Both the position numbers and the translations under genes were made by a program. The notes under the pieces were generated by a model. The model made no database searches and was not told the DNA's origin. It saw nothing but the letters and a program-made list of their open reading frames with translations. From the NCBI GenBank assembly GCA_051599415.1, contig AP039711.1, positions 62,001 to 126,000 on the forward strand: a stretch of DNA of 64,000 bases. Reading direction: 5' to 3'. Source of the DNA: Savitreella phatthalungensis (lineage: Eukaryota). Below are positions 46,365 through 54,203 of the stretch, piece after piece. Each line of letters opens with the position of its first letter. Position 1 is the stretch's first letter.

Positions 46365-47000
46365 TTAGGCGCGTCGCTGCTTCCACGCGGACGGTGTCGT
46401 AGTATAGCTGAGTAGACTCAAACTCCTTAATCTTGCTTTTGTCGAGGTCCAGCAGTACGAGTCTGACAGAGATCGTCTAAGTGCCAGGCGAATCGCCACT
46501 GAAGGCGCGACCGACACTGCTAGCAGCTCGAATAAGCCGTACCAGGATAGGCCGTAGTCGGAATAGTCGCTTGAGTAGGGACAGCAGCAGTGCGTTTCTG
46601 ATCTAGGAGACGGTGCCAAGCTTCGATTGACCGGATCACTTGAATCGGAGTCGCCAGTTGTCCTGTCTTGACCGGCATTCACCTTGACAGGCGTTCTGCC
46701 CATGGTTGTTCCGAAGGTCGTGGTACGGCCGGCAGTCTCTTGATGACTGCCTCTGCAGAGCTCGTCCTCATCGTTGAAGCCTCCAGGAATGTGCATGCTC
46801 GTACACCGGAAAATCGGTGATGCGGTGCTCGGGTCTGGGCAATCATTTGTCACGTCTAGAAATCCGCCATGGTCAATGCCAGCCATGGCGAAGGGAGCTT
46901 CCTCTTGAGAGCTCAGTGTTGTAGCCGATGTAGGCCGTCTGCCGTCTGGTGCTGGAATGGTTAACAGGGAGACCTGCTGCTGTGCCCTGCTCAGCGTCAG
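46365..47000 (-). pseudogene. Orphan family pseudogene C, 5'-truncated; its internal segment forms the left arm of inverted repeat 1
   Basis: The frame opens after a TAG at 47003: ...EAPFAMAGIDHGGF..V.NDCPDP...HCCCPY...GLFEL....APSVA..L...CWT. These are degenerate family motifs, and the N-terminal third is missing. Confidence 0.7.
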
Positions 47001-47244
47001 CTATCCTCGGCCTGAAAATCGCCAGGGCTGGTATCGATCATGGAGAATCTCCAGGCGTCTTGACAAGTTATTGTCCGGACCCGTGCACCGCATCACCGAC
47101 ATTCCGGTGCATGGGCATGCACATCCCTGAGAGCTCCAACGATGAAGAGGAGCTCAGCAGAGACGGTCACTCAGACACTGCCGGCTGTACCACGACCTTT
47201 GGCACAACCCTGGGCAGAACGCCTGTCCTGGTGAATGCCAGTCA
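46669..47244. repeat. Inverted repeat 1 (arms 46669-46891 and 47019-47244, 127-bp spacer); candidate hairpin RNA
   Basis: Hand alignment gives ~225-bp arms, about 80-82% identical with one 3-nt indel. The right arm reads AGIDHGESPGVLTSYCPDPC on the plus strand (family motif). Confidence 0.93.
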
Positions 47245-47428
47245 CTGCCGTGCCCTCAGGTAAATCTGATAGTCAAGTGGCGAGATTGTGTGCCAGAAAG
47301 TGAGATTATCTGAGTATTGCTTCGGTATTTAGCGACAGATCGCCTGCCGAGCGCGATCCTCTCGTTGGATGTCAAAGGGAGACGAGAAAGAAGGAAATGT
47401 TATGACATGAGTTAGGGGAAAGTCTCAC

Positions 47429-47605
47429 TTATATATTCTCTGACTGGTGACGAATGACCTGTGACGACTGACCTGTGACGTAATGAACTTGCTGGTAGAA
47501 CACACACGCGCGTATACGAAGGTGCGTGTCTGCGTACACGTGAGTGAGCCTGTAAGTGAGTGAGTGAGTGAGTGAATGCATGAGTTGAGGAGTGAGTGAG
47601 TATGC
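47429..47605 (-). promoter_or_regulatory. Candidate promoter upstream of inverted repeat 1 (TATATAA, tandem TGACG elements, CGCG core, (ACTC)n)
   Basis: ttatata at 47429-47435, tgacctgtgacg x2 ending in TGACGTAA (~47454-47483), ACGCGCGT 47506-47513, (GAGT)n ~47540-47600. Confidence 0.4.
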
Positions 47606-47869
47606 AAATAGCCTGACCTATTTCGTCCTCATCGCGGATGCACCTTAAACTTATCCACACTCGCGCGCGTATTCTATTGCACTGCCTAGTTGTCACGTAA
47701 GAGTCCACCGTACAGTCGTCATTATAGCCAGCAGCACAGCCAGAAGGTCGTTGTCAGAGCGATCGCTTCAATGATCCTTGGGGGGCGTCGTCGAATCGAT
47801 CGTTGCCGCACTCATCAAAGTCGTTGTCGAATGGGGTGTATCCTTGTTTGCACGTTTGCACGCTTGAAC

Positions 47870-48119
47870 GCAGCATTCACATACGCGGACGGTCTACCTC
47901 GAATGTCGTTGTCGTCCATGTGCACTCTGAACAAGCATGGCAAACACTCGCATTAAAGCGTGCTCTTCTCACACGCTGCTGTATCGCGGTCACGTGATTT
48001 TTGATGAGTGTGGGACCAGACTTTCGACCGAGCTTCCGAAGGCACTCACCGCTTTCGACGGATGACCGCTCCATAGACCTAGCTCTGACGACTTGTGGCC
48101 TTCTGCAACCGTCTGTATG
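47870..48119 (-). pseudogene. Orphan family 5' remnant (promoter block plus N-terminal codons)
   Basis: Exact 15-mers shared with paralog promoters: acctagctctgacga (48077 = 49509) and cttctgcaaccgtct (48100 = 44684). Translation LRKLGRKSGPTLIKNH resembles paralog B RSIGQKSGRALMRNNH. RPSAYV (another frame) resembles paralog A RPSLYV. Confidence 0.7.
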
Positions 48120-48370
48120 CTTCACTCGAGCGATTGTCGCCCGGACGAGTGCATCTTCAGGGCGTCCAACAAGTGATATAGGAGAATATCTATATATGCA
48201 TGATACAGTATGTACACGTGAACGTCCTTTGCGCACTGTTCAGTATGTATGCAGCATGTTGCGCCTTTGAGATTCTGGCCAACAAGTCTTCCTTGACGGA
48301 TGCACGAGCAAGCCTGTGGGGGTTGACAATCAAGCATATATGATGAGCATTAGCTACGGGGCAAGGACAA

Positions 48371-49396
48371 TCAGTTGATTTGCGTCCAGGTGAGCTGCCT
48401 GTAAGCAATTTGTTCTGGATCGTCAGCATTCGGGGACTCAGTCGATGGATCCATCGGCCCGGCCGGCTGCGGCTGTGTTGTCGATCGACGAGACTTTCTA
48501 ATGGCGTCACGTCCACGTACAGAGTCGAAGAACAGCCGGGCGGTGTGGAGCTTGGGCGGGACCCTGCCAAGCTCGGTCATGCTGAGGCCGACCGAGAAAG
48601 TCCAAGTGGTGTCGGAATCCGTGTCGAGCAGCTTTTTCGCCATCGCTGGCGCGATCTCTATCTTCGGCAGCCGAGTCAAGCCCACGATCAGGCGAGCATG
48701 CGCGGGTGGGAACCAGTACGAACAGCACCAATGATCATCACTGTCCAAGCTTGTGATCGATACATCTGTGAGTAGCGTTGCGGTTGTCAAACCATTGTGT
48801 TCGGTGGAGACCAAGCCTTCGCGTGAGACGTAGATCCTGATGTCGCCCATCCTGTTGGGGCATAGACCCCACGGCCCCGGACTGCATGGATCCGCGCAGT
48901 AAGCCTTTAAGAAGCCTGGAAAACCGTCCTGGTCGAGACCGTATCTCTTAAACGGCTCCGCTGCTCGCGCCGGAGCTGGATCAGCCCGACCGGGCGTCGA
49001 CCCTACCCGGGAATCAACTTTTTCACCGTGGGCACTGTTCGTAGCACCAGGCTTCGTCGCTTCAGTCCTGCTTCCCGGCTCTGCTTGTCCTGTGCTAGGG
49101 TCCAGCACACTTGCTGAACGCGTCTCCTTGTCGATGGTAACATGCAGTCGAATGGAATCAGGTTGGTGCTTAGGCTCAGTGAGCCACATAATGTGCATAG
49201 CCGGCTCGAGGACGAGTTTGCCATCGTCTTCTTCAGTGATGAACAGGCCGATCCGATAATACACAATCTTGTGCATGTGTTCGAAGCACATCTCACTCGG
49301 GCCGAGTTTCTTCATCAGTGCGCGACCAGACATTCGACTAAGGTCGCGACGTTCCTTCCACTGTCGACGTTCGATGGTCGTGCAGTCTTCCGGCAT
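48371..49396 (-). CDS. Orphan family paralog D (341 aa)
   Basis: SGRALM, CFEHMHK, EPFKRYGLDQDGFPGFLKAYCADPC, DDHWCCSY, APAMA..LL..D..TTWT, TARLFFD, WTQI. The 3' flank atgagcatta(g)ctac is shared with paralog B. Confidence 0.85.
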   Translation of the reverse strand: MPEDCTTIERRQWKERRDLSRMSGRALMKKLGPSEMCFEHMHKIVYYRIGLFITEEDDGKLVLEPAMHIMWLTEPKHQPDSIRLHVTIDKETRSASVLDPSTGQAEPGSRTEATKPGATNSAHGEKVDSRVGSTPGRADPAPARAAEPFKRYGLDQDGFPGFLKAYCADPCSPGPWGLCPNRMGDIRIYVSREGLVSTEHNGLTTATLLTDVSITSLDSDDHWCCSYWFPPAHARLIVGLTRLPKIEIAPAMAKKLLDTDSDTTWTFSVGLSMTELGRVPPKLHTARLFFDSVRGRDAIRKSRRSTTQPQPAGPMDPSTESPNADDPEQIAYRQLTWTQIN

Positions 49397-49460
49397 GTCT
49401 GTCTCCTGAAGCCTGAAATGTTCGTGAGTCGAGTGCGGTGCTATGCGTCTGGCGCCGTAC

Positions 49461-49541
49461 TCTTATAAAGTATGTCGCAGCATTGTGCAAAAGCCTCATG
49501 CTGAGCGTACCTAGCTCTGACGAGATGTGACTTCCGCAAAC
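49461..49541 (-). promoter_or_regulatory. Family-conserved upstream block, paralog D
   Basis: cttataaag...gcagcattgtgcaaaagcctcat...acctagctctgacga...gtgacttccgcaa. Confidence 0.7.
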
Positions 49542-49720
49542 ATCGACCACATCTCACTTCAGTCGTGCGAGTTGCAGTACTTCGAATCGTTGGAAAATTA
49601 GGGTAAGCTGGCCCGTCGTCGATTCGCAAGCGAGCGGCATGAAGATGGTAGCAATGCGGGAGGCTTCAGATCCACGCAAGCAGTACATCCCCTAGGTATT
49701 GGCCACAAATTGCCATCGGG

Positions 49721-50388
49721 ACAACGCATGGTAGCCTTGGTTCACGCCCAACATCAGCATCAACATCAACTCCCAGTAACACTGGTGCGTTCGATATATC
49801 GGGATAGATCCTGCCGGCTTTCCGGGGATTCTTCGACTTTACTGCGAGCAACCATGCTCCGCCCGGTCGCCGGGGTGCTCCGACACTTGGGTCCTCTCGA
49901 ATTTATACTATGCTACTGCAGCGCGCAATTCCCAACAAGGTTCCACGGGAAGGTCTTGGGGTCTCGGGGCAACGCTCGACAGAGCTTCAGCTCAAGCCAG
50001 CATGAGCCACACCTCAGCTCGTGGCGAGAACCACACCGTGGAGAAAAGTATTTCGGAAGTCGGATTTTCCTCTGAGCTGTTCTCGCCACGAGCTGAAGTG
50101 TGATTCGTGCTGGTTTGAATCGGAGCCCTGCCGATCGTTGTCCCGAGACCTCAAGACCTTCCTGGGGATACTCGGTGGGAACTGCGCGCTGCAGTAGCAT
50201 AGTGTAAATTCGAGAGGACCCAAGTGTCGGAGCACCCCGGCGACCACGCGGCGCATAATTGCTTGCAGTAATGCCAAAGAATCCCCGGAAAGCCCGCAGG
50301 ATCGACAAATTATATCGAATGGACCAGTGCTACCGGAAGTCAATGCTGATGCTGATGCTGGGCGTGAACTGAGGCTGCCAAGCGTTGT
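49721..50388. repeat. Inverted repeat 2 (arms ~49721-50047 and ~50064-50388, ~16-nt loop); candidate hairpin RNA
   Basis: Hand alignment gives ~325-bp arms, about 83% identical. A perfect 41-bp core (49865-49905 vs 50205-50245) is followed by one mismatch and 21 more perfect bp. The arms encode GIDPAGFPGILRLYCEQPC (+) and VDPAGFPGILWHYCKQLC (-), the family motif. Confidence 0.95.
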
Positions 50389-50600
50389 GAGACTGTCATG
50401 TGTCGTAGCCATCAATGTTCGTGCTGGGTGTGGCTCAATTGGGCTGTGCAGACGACGCAGGAGCGGATTCTTCGCTTGCTCCTGCGGGCACTCGTTCAAC
50501 ATCACGTCCGATTTGGTTCCTTAGGGCAACATGTGCTTTGAAATCGTCTGATCTACGCTGTGACATGAGTAAGGAGGCGACAGAGTCCTTAAATATACTG
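50064..50600 (-). pseudogene. Orphan family pseudogene E (frameshifted; right arm of inverted repeat 2 plus upstream TATA-like element)
   Basis: The minus strand reads STGPF then frameshifts to VDPAGFPGILWHYC. TATATTTAAGGAC at 50597-50585 resembles paralog B TTTATAAGGAC. Confidence 0.65.
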
Positions 50601-50789
50601 TCGACGATGACAGATGAGCTTGTCAGGTGGACACTCTCAAGCATGCGTGTCGTTGAGCGTGTGAGCGTGCGTATCGGTGCGCTTGTGGGTGTACGCATGA
50701 GTTGATGGGCAGGACGGTCTGGTATGCCGGCGGACACAGACGAGTTTGTCAAGTCTACACTGTTGCGTGACGTGCGTCGGTGAGTGTGT

Positions 50790-50859
50790 CAGAGAGACAG
50801 GGAGAGGCAGAGAGAGGAAGAGAGAGAGAGCACTGTGTGTGTGTGTGTGTGTGTGTGTG
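50790..50859. repeat. GA-rich tract followed by (TG)13 microsatellite
   Basis: agagagacagggagaggcagagagaggaagagagagagag, then tgtgtg... at 50834-50859. Confidence 0.9.
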
Positions 50860-51976
50860 GTGACATTGACGCACGGGATCGCGTCTGCATTGACTCAAAT
50901 TCAACGTCACACTCACGCTCGCATATGAGGAACATGCTTAACTTCGTTGACGCGTATACCCGCTATGCGAGAAACGACCTCGGTTGTTGAAACGCGTCTG
51001 TTTGTCTCGTCGAGATAACTTTAGCTATTGACCAAGGTCATGTCATGCGCATGGACAAGATCGTGTGTGCTACTGCTTCATGCTCACGGATATACTGGAT
51101 GACCCGCACGATGAAGCAAGTGAAGATGAATCTGCTCGCGTCTGGACCTGATGACGTCGGCGTGTGCTTGAAAAGGCGCGTGTAGACGTGTTCGAACTCC
51201 ACAGGTTGTCCTGCCTATGCACTTGAGCACGCGTGGACAGGTACACCAGTGCATCAGACACACTGGGACACGTGGACGACAACGCTTGTCGCGTGGAGGC
51301 TCAAGTATCTGTACATGGACACGAGGCCCGTCACGCGAGAACACGAGGGCGTTGGCGCGTACAGGAGTGGCAGAGTGAGAGGGGTTTGGACTCCGCAGGT
51401 TATCCTACCTCTATGCCCACGGATACACAAGAGGGAACACACGACCAAGTATGTTGCAGAGATCATCGATTGCCTGCACATGTATTTGAAGCTGCTCACG
51501 TCAGATTACGAAGACACCGGCGTGCGCGCTCGTCCTGTCGTGTGCTCGTAACGCAATTAGTCCGACACTTTCGCTCACCGCCCTAATCTGGATTATGTAG
51601 AAGGTGAACTAAAGGGCAGAAATACAAATAAGAGGTCGACCAATACTCCAGAGGATCGCTGGCCAGAAAACACGTGGACCTAGCGTACAGATTGACGGGA
51701 TTTTTATTTTTATTTTTCACTTTTACTTTTACTTTTGCTTCTTCCTTATGAGAGAAACAATCGATCGCTCCAGAACCAGATCAAGAATCTGGATTCTAGA
51801 AGTGGAAGTGAAATCTCAGGCATGCATTTACCCGAAGCAGCGGGCTGACCGGGTAAAGGGGTTTTACACGTACGTACGTCCACTTGCACGCGGGTGGATG
51901 GGGGAACACGCATTCAAAGGATAAATGACGCGTGAGCGAGCTTGCTCGATTACTCGATCGCGAAGGGGTTTTTGCA

Positions 51977-52075
51977 CGGAGACTACTTGCCATACTTAGC
52001 CTGATGCTCGGAGGCTACTTGCAATACTGGGCCTGAAGCTCGGAGACTACTTGCCATACTTGGGCTGATGCTCGG
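51977..52075. repeat. 32-bp minisatellite, 3 copies
   Basis: CGGAGACTACTTGCCATACTTAGCCTGATGCT / CGGAGGCTACTTGCAATACTGGGCCTGAAGCT / CGGAGACTACTTGCCATACTTGGGCTGATGCT, then CGG. Confidence 0.92.
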
Positions 52076-52337
52076 GTGAAGTCTAGGTAGTTACTCTAGC
52101 TGCGTGACTTACTTGCCTGAATATTTGCCTAAGTTTCCGCGGGGGGTGCTTGCGAGGATACTTGCGTGGATGCTTGTGAAGCCTGTATTGCCATGCACTG
52201 GACAGAGCGTTTCAGAGTAAACACGAAAACGGCAATTTAGGAGTCTGGTCTATCGCCATGGAGACGTGAGCTGACGTCTTGTTGTAGCAGATGAGCTGGA
52301 TCACGGAACTGCCTGTGTGCTAGCAACTCGGAGAACG

Positions 52338-52347
52338 CTAAATTTAG
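52338..52347. promoter_or_regulatory. Rlm1/MEF2-type MADS-box site CTA(W)4TAG upstream of alpha-glucan synthase
   Basis: CTAAATTTAG is an exact consensus match, ~1.86 kb upstream of the ATG. Confidence 0.35.
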
Positions 52348-53359
52348 AGCATATGTGAAGGAAATATGAACAGAGGGTGTTTAACTCACTCGAGTAACTG
52401 TGATGGAATGCCACGAGGAGGAGGCATGCAGCCAAGTCTATCTGCAAGTCTGAAACGGAGAGCACGCTAGACCGTCAACAGACTTTCTGATATTCGACCC
52501 TGTCTAGATGGGAATTTGCAGATGTTTCTATATTTGTCACGCCAATTGAGCACGTTCAAAAAGGAGTATTTCATCATTCTTGTTTCATCGGCTCGCCCGG
52601 CTGAACCGATGCTGTTTTGAATAGAAAACAAAATTTCTCGTTCAAGGATGATCTGCACTGATCCGTTAGCAACGATTTGACAGCGGGACTACTTTCTATA
52701 CCACGTTACCTGAATTCATACTATTTTTGCTCAGACTTGATCAATTTCTTATGACAGAATCATTCCTACTCTGGTGACTTCCGAATATACTCTATATACT
52801 CCAGCCAGAATAGAATTTTTGTCATGCACGCGTCGAATTGGCATTTTGTAAATAGATTGGATCTGACAGGTGTAAAATCACGTAAAATCTATTCTTAGCG
52901 CAAGGAGGAACTCAACAATCCTCATCAACAGTCATTTCAACCGGCCATACATCTCAAAGGTGAAATAACAAAAGTCAATTAGTCCCAATCTCCACCAGGT
53001 CTGTATCATCATCGACTTGGGCCATGACCTGCAACTGCAACTCATCGGCTCGCAAAAGTTCTAACCACAGGGGGCAAAGATAACAAGGGAGAAGATCTGA
53101 CTCTTCCAACCCAGCTCGACCAGACTTCACTTTGACTCATGCTGGAATACTCGTTCAACAACATGACGACGCTCGGGTAACACTCTCTCCTGTGTAAGTG
53201 ATTGGGTTGAGTTGAATTGAGTTGACTTTGAAGAGACCTTTCTGACCTCCTCCCACATCGTCTAAACCTCTTCATCTTATTTCCCCTGTGGTATAGGCAT
53301 GCGCTACACTGCTGAGATCATCGCAGCAAAGCATAGGTCAGTCAAGCACACTCCTGTGG

Positions 53360-53900
53360 ACTTCAATTCAGTTCAGTCTAATTGAGTTTAGTTCAGTTCA
53401 GTTGGGTTCAGAACACTTCAGGACAGTTCAGCTGGGAACTCTTTCTAGACTGTGTGGATATCCCTTCCCCCCCTGTCAGACTCTCGGCAGCCCCCGTCTT
53501 AGCCTATTCTCTCTCTCCCTGGCTCTACTCTCTCTCCCTTGCCTTCTGGTCTACGTCTGTCACTCTGAGCTCACTCTCAATCTCTCAGTCCCGGTCTCAT
53601 CCTCTGGGTCTCACTCACTCTCTCTCACTTACACGCTCACCCTCGATCGAACGCGTGCTGTGCTGTGCTCTGCTCTGCTCTGCTCTGCTGTGCTTGCGAA
53701 CGTACGTGCACCTGCTACGCCAGGGATCGTGACTCTCTCTAGGTGTCTCTCTGTCTCGATCCTACTATCACTCTTACTCTCACTCTTACTCTCACTCTTA
53801 CTCTTACTCTCTCTCTCTCACTCTAGCCCTCACTCCTACCGCGATCGATACGTACCTTCCTGCTCCAACAGCGACACACTCACCCTCTCAGCGCACGCTC
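53360..53900. repeat. Pyrimidine-rich simple-repeat leader (TTCAG, CT, TGCTC, CTCACTCTTACT units)
   Basis: ttcagttcag near 53365-53410, gctctgctctgctct near 53660-53690, ctcttactctcactcttact repeats 53765-53820. Confidence 0.8.
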
Positions 53901-54203
53901 AGAAGAAACTCATCATTTCCTCCCATACAAAACCACAGACGCAAGTCCAAGCCCTTCGACCGGGCAGAAGGACATCGCTCAATCACCCTTTTTCCACAAA
54001 CGCGCGCGCGCCAACAATCTTCACCAGACTCAATCTCTTCTAGGTGTGAGAGACTGGCAAGCGCAAGAAGGGAATCAGACCCATTCCTTTCTTCACTCAC
54101 ACACATACACCTGCTGATCCCTGCGATTGAGCTCTTCCTCGAAAGAAAAAAAGGGACGTTCGCTCTTTCCTTCCGCTCGCTCGCCGTTCGTTAGTCCTGC
54201 GCC

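Noticed and set aside
46669..50388. IR1/IR2 as transposon terminal inverted repeats (MITE/foldback) or RIP products
   Set aside because: The arms derive from the local gene family's coding sequence, the two IRs have unrelated ends, no transposase or target-site duplication was seen, and transitions run in both directions without AT enrichment.
51977..52075. CRISPR-like array
   Set aside because: Repeats are contiguous with no spacers, in a eukaryotic context with no cas genes. It is a minisatellite.
53402..54043. 213-aa Leu/Ser-rich ORF upstream of ags1
   Set aside because: Non-ATG start; translation of CT microsatellites.
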